From the NCBI RefSeq assembly GCF_001194135.2, contig NC_068997.1:2453763-2517762 (forward strand): a stretch of 64,000 bases of DNA. Direction: 5' to 3'. The first letter of the stretch is position 1; the number at the start of each line of letters is the position of its first letter. This stretch comes from Octopus bimaculoides (Eukaryota). This document shows, piece by piece, positions 50,600 through 64,000 of the stretch. Below the pieces are notes generated by a model. It was given only the letters and a program-made list of their open reading frames with translations, did not search any database and was not told the DNA's origin. The position numbers and the translations under genes were made by a program.

Positions 50600-51847
50600 G
50601 TAAGAAAGGTTCTCCATGGCGAATTAGCAGTGAAAACACCCTTTATACAGATCAAATATAGACCAAACATTTATATCAATCTGAATGCTTGTATTATTTT
50701 CAACACTACTATTGTATGCCTACTACAATGTTTAACTTAATTACCCAAAATTATGACATTGGCCCAATTTGATTAGCTCCCTTAGCTCTTGATATTTTAA
50801 ACTTCGTACAAGTGGTTAATTTGTTTTCATTAATCGTAATTCTGTTGTATTTATTAGATTGTGTAATGTTTGTGTAACATTCACCTTTGACCTGCTCAAT
50901 TATTTGTATATCAATAACTATTATTGATTAGTGTTTGTTTTAGTTTTATCAATTTATTGTTGCAGTGATTCTTAGTGGAGCAGAAAACGGTCTGGTTAGG
51001 AAACATGAAGAATTCTAGATAAAAGAAAAATTAAAACTGCAGCAGAGTTGTTTGTCGATAACTAATGATTAAAAAAACAAAAACAAAAGTCTTCTCTCTT
51101 CACATGAGTGGATGTGCATGTGTGTGCATGTGTGTGTACGTATGTGGTGAATATGTGTGTACACACAAACACACATGTTATGTGTATGTATGTACTCTTG
51201 TCTAGACATCATGTGATGGTTGCAAATGTACACCATAATAAAAGAGAGGTTGTTAATTTGTGAAAAATAGGGGAAAATATTACCTTGCTTGGAAACAGGT
51301 AAGGGTTAGTGACAGGAAATGCATCCAGCCATAGAAAAGTCTACCTCAACAAATTTTCATCTGGCTCATACAAGTTTGGAAAAGTAAACATTAAAAGATG
51401 GTGACAATATCAGCATCATCATCATCATCATGTTTTTCGTTCTCACATGGGTCAGATGGCTCGACAGAAACTGGCGAGACCAGGCACTGCACTAGGCTCC
51501 ATTATATGTTTTGGCATGGTTTCTGCGACTGGATGTCCTTCTTAATGTTAACGACTTAACAGTTCCCTGGGTATATTTTATGTGGTACCTTCGTTTTGGG
51601 ATCCCAATTCTGTTGTGGTGTGTAGGTCTTCTTAAGTACAGCAATGTGCCACATGTCTCAGTCCTATGTAATCTGCTTTGTAAGATTCAGCATTTTAAGA
51701 TCAGCCTTCAATGCTTTGTTCCAACCCAGAAATGCAGAATATGGTCACAAAATAACATTTGATCTGTAGCAGTACATTAAANNNNNNNNNNTCTGTAGCA
51801 GTACATTAAAATATTTATAAATTCCATCCATGGAATACTATTATTTT

Positions 51848-51890
<43 letters not shown>

Positions 51891-54124
51891 CATCATTCAA
51901 CGTCCACTTCTACATGCTTGCATGGGTCAGATGGAATTTGTTGAGGTAATTTTTTTACAGTTGGATGCTCTTTCTGATGCCAACTCAAAAGTGTTTCCAA
52001 GCTAAGTAATGTTTCCCTAAAGCCAGTCATGCTTTACACAGAGTACTGGAAATTAAATGACACTGATTATATATATGACAGTGATACCAGTTTATAATTA
52101 GATATAATATTTATCCCAATTAATTATTTTTAAAATATAAATACAGTATTGACACTGCCTCAGTGCTAATAAATATCATTTATAACTATCCTATGATATC
52201 AAGATAAGGGGACACAGATACACATATGTACATATACAATGAGTTTCTTTTAGTTTCCACCAACCAAATCCACTCACAAGGCTTTGAGCAGATTGAGGCT
52301 ACAGTCAAGGCACCAAATGAGACTGAACCCAAAACAACATGGTTGAGAAGAAAGCTTCTTAGCCACACAGCAATGCTTGCATCACACTCACTGATTTAGT
52401 ATGACTTTCAGAATCTCAGAATTAGTTTCTACCTGTGTTAGACACTTTAAATTCTGCTCATGACCTCTGATCTAGTCTATCTTAACTTTGTTGTTGCTCA
52501 TCGTTTATTTTATTCTTGCCACCTCAGCTCTAAGATGACAATCACCCAGAAGAGTTGATGAATTTAACATCTCTACAAGTGTTGAGTTGTCAGTTTTACT
52601 GAGCACTTCTGGCAATTTCAGTAGCTGAAGTATATTCTGTATCACAATAGCTACTAAGATACTGGTAACAAGTACTTAGCTAATTACAAGAGTCTTTTAG
52701 TTATATAATCCAATTCTTTTCTTTTTGTTAGATGGCCAATATATCAACAGAATCATTAGCACAATAGGTAAAATGCTAAGCAACATTTTCAGTCTTTATG
52801 TTCTGAGTTCAGATTCTGCCAAGGTTGACTTTGCTTTTCATCCTTTTGGAGTTGATAAAACAAGTAACAGTTGAGGGGTAACAGGGGGGGGGGGCGATAT
52901 AATTGACTTACCCCCTCCCCCAAACCTGTTGGCCTTGTACCAAAATTTCAAATCATTATTTTCAACAGAGAAGGCAGTGAGGTGGCTCAGTTGTTATCAC
53001 ATTGGATAAGATACTTCTTCCTACTTTAGATTNNNNNNNNNNTTATGTTCTGAGTTCAGATTCTGCCAAGGTTGACTTTGCTTTTCATCCTTTTAAATGT
53101 CAATAAAATAGGTACAAGCTGAGTACTGCAGGGGTGGGGGGGGGTCAATATAACCAATTAGCTTCCTCCTTCAAGATATCAGATCTCATGTTTATAGGAG
53201 AAAGGATTATTTCCAATAAACGTGATAAAAACCATTCTATGCAGATCCATCTTCCAAACTGTTGTAAGTGGCATCAGAATTGCTGATTATGTTTAGATCT
53301 GAAGGTTTTTCTCAAGGCTAGAAATGATATGGAACATTTTCTGGATTCCAACTTTGATAATGCTTAATTAGCTTCAAACAGGATTTTCATTTTATAATAT
53401 TTGCCAAAATTGCTTATTCTACAGGCATTAGATGATAGGATTGGATGAATCTGAGGAGTTAGGTGGAGGTCAGATGTTGTGAGTAACTCATCGTTTTTCC
53501 GCAGTGACTTTATTTCTGCTGCAGACATGAAATAGTAGAATTCTTGATCTATAAGCAATGGCACTTGTTGATTGATTACCATTCAATCCTATATACTAGA
53601 ATGTTCCACTCACATGAGTTCCTACTTTAAATTTCTTTTCCAATATTTCCCTCACATTCTCTGCAAACAATTCTTTTTCACAGAATACAAAATCATCTAC
53701 ATACATCTACAGAAGACACTGAAGTTCCTATCTACATCATCATCATCTTTATCATCATCAGCATGGTCATCAGTATTATCAATATAATTATCATAATCAG
53801 CATCATTAGCATCATCACTCATTTTTTTATGTCTACTTTCCAAACTGGCTTACATCCGATGGATCTTGGTCCAAGCCAATTCTTACTCAGAGTTATAGTC
53901 CTGCTATGAGGGTCAGAATTCTGTCTCACTCATCAAAGTACACCATTTGACCCGCAAATACATCTCTTCAACTTCTACATCTGCTTCTAATGTACATCAG
54001 AAGTACATTAGAAGGTACCTGAATGAAGGATATATCTTTTTTCAGTGGAACTCGGTGCAAAAATGTAGAAATTGCACCAGTCTTGGAGGCCCTGAAAACG
54101 GTCCATTATTATTGTTACTAACAT

Positions 54125-55992
54125 TATTAAGGTGGCTAGCTGGTGGGTAAAGTACTTAGCGGCATTTTTTCTGTCTATATAATTCTGAGTTCAAATGCTG
54201 TCGAGGTCAACTTTGATTTTCATCCTTTTGGATGTCAATAAAATAAGTACCAGTTGAAGACTGGGGTCGAGATAATCAACTTATTCTCACACCCCAAAAT
54301 TACTGGCCTTGTGCTAAAATTTGAAATCATTATTAACATTATTAAGGCAGTGAACTGACAGATTCGTTAGCACCTGTAAAAAAATGCTTTCCATCTTTCT
54401 TTTCATTCTGAGTTCAAGTTCCACTGTGTCTGACTTTGCCTTGAATCTATTCAGGATCAATAAAAAAATTACCAGTCAAGTACTGAGATCAATGTAGCCA
54501 ACTTACCTCCTGCCACAAAATTTCTGACTTTGTGCCAAAATTTGAAACCTCTGTTGTTTTCGGAAGTAAGCTGGGAGAAGCATGAGCATACCGGCCAAAA
54601 TGCTTTGCAGCATTTCAACTGTCAATTCTGAGTTCAAATTTCATCTAGGTCGACTTTGTCTACCATCTTTTTGGGTTATTCCTTTATTCTTTTATTTGTT
54701 TTAGTCATTCGACTGTGGCCATGCTGGAGCACCACCTTTAGTTGAACAAATCAAGCCCAGGACTTATTCTTTGTAAGCCTAGTGCTTACCCTATCGGTCT
54801 CTTTTTGCCAAACCGCTATGTTATGGAGACGTAAACACACCAACATCGGTTGTCAAGCAATAGTGGGGGAAACAAACACAGACACACAAACACACACACA
54901 CACACATATATGACAGGCTTCTTTCAGTTTCCATCTACCAAATCCACTCACAAGGCTTTGATCAGCCTAAGGCTAAAGAAGAAGACACTTTCCCAAGGTG
55001 CTATGCAGTGGGACTGAACCTGGTACCATGTGGTTAGTAAGCAAGCCACTTATCACACAGCCACTCCTACGCCTTCAATGAAAAAAGTACCAGTTGAGCA
55101 TTGGGGTCGATGTAATCGGCATCCCCTTCCCTTGAAATACTGACCTTGTGTCAAATACTGAAACCATTGACTAGTTAGCATGCCAAGCAAAATGCTTAGC
55201 GGCATTTCAGCTGCCCTTGTGTTCTGATTTGAAATTTCATTCGGGTCAACTTTGACCTTCATCCTTTCGGGGTTGATAAAATAAGTATCAATCAAGTATT
55301 GGGGTCAATGTAATCGACTATCCCCCCACCCTCGAATTTCAGGCCTTGCACCTGTCATAGAAAGGATTATTATTATAATTATTATTATTATTATTATTAT
55401 TATTATAATTATTATTATTATTATTATAATTATTATTATTATTATTATAATTATTATTATTATTATTATAATTATTATAATTATTATAATTATTATAATT
55501 ATTATTATTATTATAATTATTATAATTATAATTATTATAATTATAATTATTATAATTATAATTATTATAATTATAATTATAATTATAATNNNNNNNNNNC
55601 CATCTGAGTTCAAATTCTGCTGAAGTTGACTTTTGCCTTTCATCCTTTCAAGGTCAATAAAACAAATGCCAGTTGAACATAGGGTTTAATGTTATCGACT
55701 TAACCCCTACCCTGAAATTACTGGCCTTGTTCCAAAATTTAGTACCTTTATTATCATTATTATCATTATTATTATTATTATTTAGGTAGCAAGCTGACAG
55801 AATCATTAACACACCAGGCAAAATGCTTAGTGGCATTTTGTCCAGCTTTATGTTCTGAGATCAAATTCCACTGAGGTCAACTTTACTTTTCATTCTTTCA
55901 GGGTCAATAAATTAAGTACCAGTGAAACACTGGGGTCAATGTAATCAACTAGTTCCCTCCCACCAAATTTCCGGCCTTGTGCCTATAATAGA

Positions 55993-55995
<3 letters not shown>
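54125..55995. mobile_element. Dense SINE cluster: family A copies (+), one family B copy (-, 54683-55073), expanded (ATT/ATA)n at 55367-55589
   Basis: Repeated family A cores at about 54.15, 54.35, 54.57, 55.09, 55.18, 55.60 and 55.79 kb. Confidence 0.8.
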
Positions 55996-56026
<31 letters not shown>

Positions 56027-56029
<3 letters not shown>

Positions 56030-56285
56030 TAGTCTTGTTTTTATCATGTGCTTTCACTGCACCACTGAGCACCACAGTGCCTTGGGTTTGTTGTGATGCT
56101 CTTATTTTCACAGTATATTGAAAGTGATTTACATAGGCCATACGTGGTGCCTAGTAGTGCTATTTTCTGTATGTTATATACATTTGTATGGTGCTTTGGT
56201 TATGTATTTGTCTGAATGGTTTTAATCATAACTAATGCACCTATTATTATAAGGATTGTTTATGTTTTTAGGCTCCACATTAGGG
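56027..56285 (-). pseudogene. R4/Dong-type non-LTR retrotransposon 3' end inserted in (TAA)n
   Basis: Minus-strand translation MWSLKT*TILIIIGALVMIK...VYNIQKIALLGTTYGLCKSLSIY resembles the C-terminus of restriction-like-endonuclease LINEs (IIGALG...IQKxALLGT); (tat)n on both flanks. Confidence 0.7.
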
Positions 56286-56466
56286 TTATTATTATTATTA
56301 TTATTATGATTATTATTATTAAAGAAGAAAACTAAACAGAAAATCGACAGCACAATTTTCCCAAAACACGTTTCAAGTTACACCATCCCAACATACACAC
56401 ACACATGCACTCTACTTAAATACAAAGTACTTTTTCTCCTATTAATAAATTCAAATACAATTTTAC

Positions 56467-56508
<42 letters not shown>

Positions 56509-57472
56509 ATGTGCACATACATATCTATGCAAATACAAATACACACACATGCTTATAACCCTTGTGTATTATTACTGCAATATTTTTGAAACCAATTGTT
56601 CAGTTAATACATACACACATACAGATGTATAGACAACACAAAGATATTCACACATGCACACACATACATGTGCATACGCATACACACACAGTAAAACATT
56701 CTCAAACAATTCTTGATTTCGGTAACTTGAAGCATCATTTTAAAATTCCAACACCGTTCTTGGGACGGTTGCAGAAAAAAATACTCTGTATTACAAGATT
56801 TCAAAGAAATTAAGTTAGGTATTGTCAGAATGGGATTGTAGTGAGTTGGAGGGTGTACTTAGGATTAGGGCGGAGAATATTAAATAGGAGTAAATCACAC
56901 TGGCAATGGATATTATATAAAAAAAAAATGATGGTGGTGATTTCTTTTATAAGCCACAGGGGCTTTAAATGCATAAAACTGAAGTGAGATGCAAGGCTAG
57001 TAAAGTTATAGATATCAATGGTCCATACAAATGTTCAAATTCTAACTAAGTTTGTCTAAGGCTGGTCTTGTGAACCACTCAAAGAAATCTGAACCAAAAC
57101 AACCAATAAATCTTTAGTGCCTGGAAAAAAAACATATCTCTGCCTATCACAAGGGCAGTCAACAGGTTGTGTAGGGGTTTGCATTAAAGATGAGGAGAAA
57201 GAAATGGAAAAGACAGTGAAATGTGATAAAAGTGTTCATATTATACAAAATATGTGGTAACATGAATGATACAGCCCTCCTGATACAGGAGAAACTGCAA
57301 CTAGGGCCAATCAAGGAACCTTACAGATCCAGGATTACTCTGATCACCAAAAGCACATAAGCGCACTCCCAATTGTTGTTCTCCAGATGCATTCTTTGAG
57401 AAGGGCCATACACCTTAACCATTTTTGCCACAATCAAACACACACACACACACGTATGTATTTTATCCACAT

Positions 57473-57592
57473 ACATGGTTCCGGGTTCAGTCCCACTGCG
57501 TGGCACCTTGGGCAAGTGTCTTCTACTATAGCCTCGGGCCAACCAAAGCCTTGTGAGTGGATTTGGTAGACGGAAACTGAAAGAAGCCCATC

Positions 57593-57638
<46 letters not shown>

Positions 57639-58042
57639 GTGTGTGTGTATGTGTGTCTGTGTTTGTCCCCCTAGCATTGCTTGACAACCGATGCTGGTGT
57701 GTTTATGTCCCCGTCACTTAGCGGTTCGGCAAAAGAGACCGATAGAATAAGTACTAGGCTTACAAAGATTAAGTCGATTTGCTCGACTAAAGGCAGTGCT
57801 CCAGCATGGCCGCAGTCAAATGACTGAAACAAATGAAAGAGTAAAAGAGTACACACACACACACACTCTTTTACACATTTCAGTCATTTGATTGCAGCCG
57901 TGCTAGAGCACCACCTTGAAGGGGTTTTAATTGAAGAAATTGACCCCAAGACTTATTCTTTGTAAGCCTAGTATTTATTCTGTCTCTTTTACCGAACTGT
58001 TAAGTTACAGGGACATAAACACATCAACATCAGTTGTCAAGT
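57473..58042. mobile_element. Tail-to-tail inverted pair of family B SINEs
   Basis: 57473-57849 (+) and 57865-58042 (-), separated by about 15 bp of (CA)n. Confidence 0.8.
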
Positions 58043-58052
58043 GAGCATTCAG

Positions 58053-58349
58053 GTTCATTTTTAGCATTCTTGTATGTGAGAGCATTCGAGTCAGATATTC
58101 TCATTTTAAAAAATCACCTCTGGCTAATCATTGAAAGGACGTTGGTGTTGCCTTGGTGGAGGTTTGTGCTCTCTGAGTGCTCTTGTTTGCATTGTTTTAT
58201 TTCACAGCTTTAGGATTTCAACGATGTGGCTGTTTAGTTTTAGAAGGATATTGTACGACAGGTGTGAGAGACAGGATTTCACCAGTTTGAATATAAAACA
58301 GGTAGAATATTTGGGCCAGATATGGCCAGTTTAAATGCTAATGGGTTAA
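58053..58349. mobile_element. piggyBac-like MITE
   Basis: Right end atgctaatggg|ttaa; internal sequence related to 36929-37511; the left-end motif ccctttagcattc appears inverted at about 59496-59508. Confidence 0.5.
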
Positions 58350-58948
58350 AGTGTGAACTTTAAGGAGCCATGGAATCTATTTACAACTCAGTGGGCTGTG
58401 CTGGAGAGAATAAAATACTTTAATGAATAACGTAGCAGAAACTGTTAAAAAGCAGCCACCCCAAAACAGAAATATGAACATTCTAAAGAATTTGGTCAAG
58501 TGCAAAAAACACATTGAAGAAGAAGACAAAATGAAGTTGAAATCTGAAAGTTTGTAAAGCAAGTACAGTGATAAAGTGTGCAGAGATTTTCTCTGAAGTT
58601 TGCAAAATAAATGAAAGTCGACAGTTTTATGACACCTGTCAATGACAGATTTTCTTAGTTTTACTAAATTCAATAATTGAAGTTTGGAGTTGACAGTACC
58701 TCATTGGAAACTGGACAGCACGGACAAAATGTGCCAACACTCAATTTGTTGAATAATCATGGAATTTATAGAATTCACACTGAATTACTTTATTAATGGT
58801 GAAGTTTACTGTTGTCCAATTTAGTGATGGAGTTTAGAGTTTATAATGGAGTGAAATGTGAGAGACACAGATTTCTAGAAAGAGAGGAGGGAAGAGAGAG
58901 AGAGAAAGAGAGAGAGGGGGAGAAAGAGAGAAAGAGGGAGATAGAGAA

Positions 58949-58979
<31 letters not shown>

Positions 58980-59691
58980 AAGGGAGAGAGAGAGAGAAAG
59001 TATGTAGAAATAGAAGTTTTAAAAATTCCTTCTATCTCTTCTTTAGAATATAAACTCAGAAATTTTGTTGGCTAAAAGAGTTGACATCTTTCACTTGCAA
59101 TGTTTTTCTGTTCTGAAAATTAAAAGTAGAGGTGAAAGTATTCCTATAAACGTATTCATGAGGAGACACAAAAATAGAAAACTGGTGGGAAGTGAAGCAG
59201 CAGAAACACTCATTCAGACCTGTAAAATAAAAGATTTTGAAGGTAACCACAAAGTGGCACTGTCAATTTCAGGATGTGTAATGTCCCATGACAGGTGGAC
59301 AAGCTGGACAATAAGTTCTGGGGTTGATTTGTTCGACTAAAGGCAGTGCTCCAGCATGGCCGCAGTCAGAAGTCAAATGAGTGAAACAAGTAAAAGAATA
59401 AAAGAATATCATTGAAATCTTAAAGCTACGAGATAAAGCCTGATTAATTCAAAGCAGTGTAAATGGTTAAGCATTATGTTTGACAGACTAATCTGAATGC
59501 TAAAGGGTGGATATTCTTTGCCATCCTCTGCTACTTTCTCTAATTCTCCTTCGCCTCAAAACTCACTCTCAGATCCTCTTCTTCCTTACAGACCACTTTC
59601 TTCATGCATAGACATGCAGTAACAACTCCTACGTGTCCTGTCATTCTTCACTGTGTCCAAACTCTAATTGATTAAGGACAGAGTAAGAACT

Positions 59692-59733
59692 TCGCTCTTT
59701 CCTGAGGAAAGATCGTTCGGAACATTGAAAACT
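59692..59733 (+). other. Decayed hammerhead-like motif homologous to 19592-19637
   Basis: tctttcctgaggaaagatcgttcggaacattgaaaact aligns with tcttttctgtggaagagcgtaggctcgaaacattaaagact; CUGAGGA intact, GAAA changed to GGAA, stem II damaged. Confidence 0.35.
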
Positions 59734-59895
59734 CCACTGCCAACAACATAATCGAAGAAATGTTAAACTTTATCAATAAACACAAAATTTGGCCAATGCA
59801 GACCATCACTAGACTCAGCGAATTGATTTTTGTATTTTTATACTTATTTATGTACAGATTTGTGTGTCTTTAAATATGTTTCAATGTGTGTGTGA

Positions 59896-60012
<117 letters not shown>

Positions 60013-61189
60013 GATAGACAGACAGGGATGGGTGGATCGGTGGATGCATGAATGGATTGATATATAATTTTATTTTTACATGTGTTTCAATGCCAAAGTA
60101 GGTTGGTGAATATATTCTTGAGGCAATGCATTCTAGCTGGATGCCCTTCCTGTTGTGAACACTCACTAGTTTTTTTGTTTTTTTTTTCAAGTAAAGAATT
60201 GTCTTATTCCACGTCTTCAAAAGCACAAAGCCAGTTCACAACCTGTTAACAGAGGAAATAACAACAACATCAATACCTGTAGATGAGTATCTTTTTTTTT
60301 TTAGGTGGTGGGGAGAAGCACCAATTTGTATATACATCAGTTGCACATATCCACAGGCAGCCACATACTAAGATAAAATCTGTCATTACTTATATAGGAA
60401 GATAGCAACTGAAAAACAATCATTGATGTTGCAGTTAACTAGGCAACTGAATAAAAATTCGTTATGTGCAACAGAAGCAGTATTAGTATAAAATGACAAT
60501 GTGGGTATCATAGTTAAAGCAGATACATTATGGAAAGCCTGATTAACTGTTGTATATGTCCAGAGATAGTATCTCTTATAGACATATAGGGTTTGAATAA
60601 CACAAAGATATATCAGCCATAGACAAAATTGTCCAGTAGCTTAATTTAAGGCAACACAATCTTTTGGTTCTTTTCTGGTACAATCCACCCACACATATAT
60701 AATGCAGAGTAGCCCTGACTCTTCTGCCACCAACAATAACTTTTTTCTTATTTCCCCAATCATACTTTAACTTCTCAGCACTTCACATAAAATGACTTCC
60801 ATCTCTACTACACTCTCAATTAGTCTTGTGAGTGACACAGCAACCTCACTAACGCTGGTGCCACAATAACGGCACTCAGTATACTGTGAAGTGGTTGGTA
60901 TGAGAAATGACATCAAGTCTTAGAAAACATACCAGAGTTGAGACACTAAAGCAAGACATGGTCGTCCACCCTGTAAGATTCAAACAACCCTAACCAGCCA
61001 GCACAGAAAATAGAATCAAGATGATCTTGATTTATGTGCTTAATATGCAAATGATGTTTCATGTGAAACGAATACGGAAGAACTCAATACACGTTATAGA
61101 GTATACAGTTTTTTTTTTTAAATGGATTCCTTTCTTGTCCATTAGCTTCATGCTATTCTGTGCATGTGTGTGGGTGCACACGCACATAC

Positions 61190-61251
<62 letters not shown>

Positions 61252-61404
61252 GTGCAAGACATCACTCATATGTACAAACATTCATATATACATTAAATAT
61301 ACATTCACATGCATAGCATCAACAACATCACATATGAATGTATGTATATACATAAACACACACACACATACATATACATACAGAATCATTCATTACCATT
61401 AAAC

Positions 61405-61453
<49 letters not shown>

Positions 61454-62027
61454 CACATGCACAAGGAGTTATATGTGTGTAAGAACTAGCACAGTTATTG
61501 ATTTAGCAAGCTAACAAGATAACAATGGGGGAGAAAGAGAGGAAGAAAGAGAGAGAAAGTGAAAAGTAGAGAGGAGATGAAAGAACAGGATAAGACAGGA
61601 TAAGAGAAGGTGAGTGGAAGAGAGGAAAGGTGGAGGGGGGGAGCTATTGAGACAGAAATGTAAAACCAATTCCTGTCATTGGATACAATATGAGAAGGAA
61701 ACATGAAAAACTAGAATAGAATCAGTTTTGTCAAAGACAATAAATGAAGAAGTCGATTTCTTATTCTGCTCTCATCTCCGAAGACTGGAATATATTTATA
61801 TATTTCTTTTTTTCAACTCTACATCAGTGAAACAACAACAAGAAGAACAACAGCATGAAGCATTTAGTGAATGGTTAGTGATGGAATCAAGGTGTTTGAT
61901 GAAACCAAGAATTGGCAAACAGCTGACATCAGCAGGAGATTCCAGAGGACGCTGTGCATGTATAGACACATACACACACACAGACATTATATGGATATAT
62001 ATATATATGTATCTATTTACATATATA

Positions 62028-62066
<39 letters not shown>

Positions 62067-62299
62067 AGTTGTATACTGCCAACTTAACGTGACAGTCCCA
62101 ATAAGGGAATATACTACTGCTGTTTAGCCCTAGGAAGCCAGACCGCTTCCTATTAGGCCTTGACACACTTTCTGTGCCCTTATCCATACAAAGGGGAGAC
62201 ATACACACACACATACATATATATAGGGTAAAAAAGGGGGAAAGACCCCCTTCGATCATAAATGACAATAGTATACACCTAGAAAGTTCCCCTCCAAAG

Positions 62300-62565
62300 T
62301 ACAAGTTCGGGCAAGGTTGATTTTATGGAAGACCAGCAGTCACCCTCGTATACCAGCCTCCCCTCCCTGTGCCACCGATGTTATCAAAGGGAAAGGCAAA
62401 GGCTGATACAGCTTGGCACCAGTGATGTGGCAACCCATTACTATGGCAGAGTGGACTGGAACAATGTGAAATGAAGTGTTTTGTTCAAGAACAGAACACA
62501 CAGACTGGTCTGAGAATCGAACTCCCTACCTCATGATTGTGAGCCTGATGCTCTGACCACTAAGT
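62300..62565 (-). mobile_element. CORE-like SINE family C variant
   Basis: gagtggactggaacaatgtgaaatgaagtgttttgttcaagaac...gagaatcgaactccc (reverse complement of the CORE-like segment and B-box). Confidence 0.65.
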
Positions 62566-62587
62566 CAGTCATGCACCTTGACACTCA

Positions 62588-62620
<33 letters not shown>

Positions 62621-62694
62621 TTGGAGGGATTTGTGATTTGTCTGCCTTCCTCCTTATTAAGACTTTGGACACTGACTGTGAGAACAACAGCATC

Positions 62695-63417
62695 ATGATG
62701 CAATTCACTCTGCCAGAAATTTGGGAAAAAACATACTGTACTACTTGGCATTTGCATCAGAAGCTCCAATAACAACATTTCAGAGCGTTTTGGGTGTTGA
62801 TCTGAGGACAGTGGATGTACCGAGAGCAATAAAAATCAAACATCCAGTCAACATCATGGTGTTTGGAGTGATCACTAGTGATGGCGACGTTATGCCTCCA
62901 TTCTTCTTCCCACATGGCCACAGATTCAAAACAAAGGCCAGCATCAAGTGCCTGGAGGAGGTAGCGCTGCACTGGGTGAAGAGGGTGGCTGCTGGAAGAC
63001 CCTGTTTCTGGCAACAGGACTCTGCACCATGCCACACAAACTGGAGAACCTAGTTATGGCTGTCAGACAATTTCTGCAATCACATCACCCCTAACATCTG
63101 GCCACCTAACTCACCAGACTGCAACCGCCTTGATTATTACTTGTGGGGTGTGGTTGACCAACAAAACTCCTTGTAAAATCAAAGATGAACTGAAGGCAAG
63201 GATTATGGCAGCATTCACCAATTTAAACAAGGAGTTACAAGAGATTCCGAAGTCGTCTGGAGGCCATGGTTGAAGGCAATGGCAGTTTTATCAAATAAAT
63301 TTACTCTTTCAAGATATTTTTATGTAATTTTGGTAAATATACCTGTTAAAATGAGATGTCAGTGTTATTTTTTTTTGTTTTGCATAATTTAGACGACAAT
63401 ATATTCACCACACCCTG
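62695..63417 (+). pseudogene. Internally deleted Tc1/mariner transposon, DD37D (maT-type) transposase
   Basis: KHPVNIMVFGVI...WQQDSAPCHT..*..WPPNSPDCNRLDYYLWG with 37 residues between the QQD aspartate and the LDY aspartate; C-terminal KDELKARIMAAF...RSRLEAMVE; right end ...caccacaccctg|TA at 63417-63419. Confidence 0.85.
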
Positions 63418-64000
63418 TATATATATATATATATATATAATTAGACACACACACACATATGCACAAGTACATACATATCCAACAGATTCTTTGAAGCTGA
63501 TGCCTTAAACCTGACAATTACCTGACCACAAATTGATGTAGAGATGGGCAAACAGACAGATAAATGCAGGGCAAATTCCTGCAGAAATAGGTAAACAGAT
63601 AGAATCAGGGCAAATAGACAATGAAGTGGTGAAAGAGAGATCCCTGAATGGCATTGAGCAAAAGATTTTTCAATGAAAATGATTTTCTACTTATGAATGT
63701 AGTTTACAAAATCTGCTTGTGCAAGAAAGTGAATATTTTAATGAAGTCATTGCATAAAATGCTTCTAAATATGAGGCAAATATTCTATTGGACAACTAAA
63801 TTGATTGGTTGCAGGAATATTGTATAACTTTTGGTTTTATTGTTCTTGAAATATAAGGAAAAGTTTGAGATAATTGAAGCAACACTTGCAAAAAGAATCA
63901 TTAAATACACTGCAGCGCCATATTTCTTCATGTCTCAATAATAATGATCCTTGCATGGACACATGTCTACAAATGTGTGAGAGGAGAGGGAGGAGGAGAG

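Noticed and set aside
51762-51811. 19-bp duplication around a 10-N gap; likewise 52796-52848 versus 53043-53095
   Set aside because: Gap-edge redundancy, most likely an assembly artefact.
53425-53478. + strand segment with a good acceptor and |gtgagt donor
   Set aside because: Stops in all three frames; it could only be non-coding, and pseudo-splice sites are common in this AT-rich DNA.

Overview
AT-rich, repeat-saturated eukaryotic DNA from a gapped draft assembly (12 N-runs, most next to microsatellites or young repeats). The SINE families and the (TA)n/(CA)n/(GA)n/(AAT)n load look like a coleoid cephalopod, most likely Octopus; this is inferred from repeat motifs I recall, not from a search. 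There is no intact long protein-coding ORF, and nearly all ORF-track entries are microsatellite or N-gap artefacts. Supportable content: (1) dozens of copies of about four tRNA-derived SINE families; (2) RTE LINE remnants (an RT fragment, a C-terminus plus 3'UTR, and several 3'UTR-only copies); (3) an R4/Dong-type LINE 3' end inserted in (TAA)n; (4) an internally deleted DD37D (maT-type) Tc1/mariner transposase; (5) hAT-like and piggyBac-like MITEs; (6) minisatellites and foldback hairpins. The most notable feature is a complete-looking type I hammerhead ribozyme on the + strand (45082-45139), with two decayed hammerhead-like motifs at about 19.6 and 59.7 kb. Several small segments with splice signals suggest the window is mostly intronic (possibly a minus-strand gene and a plus-strand gene from about 44.3 kb), but I could not identify either gene.
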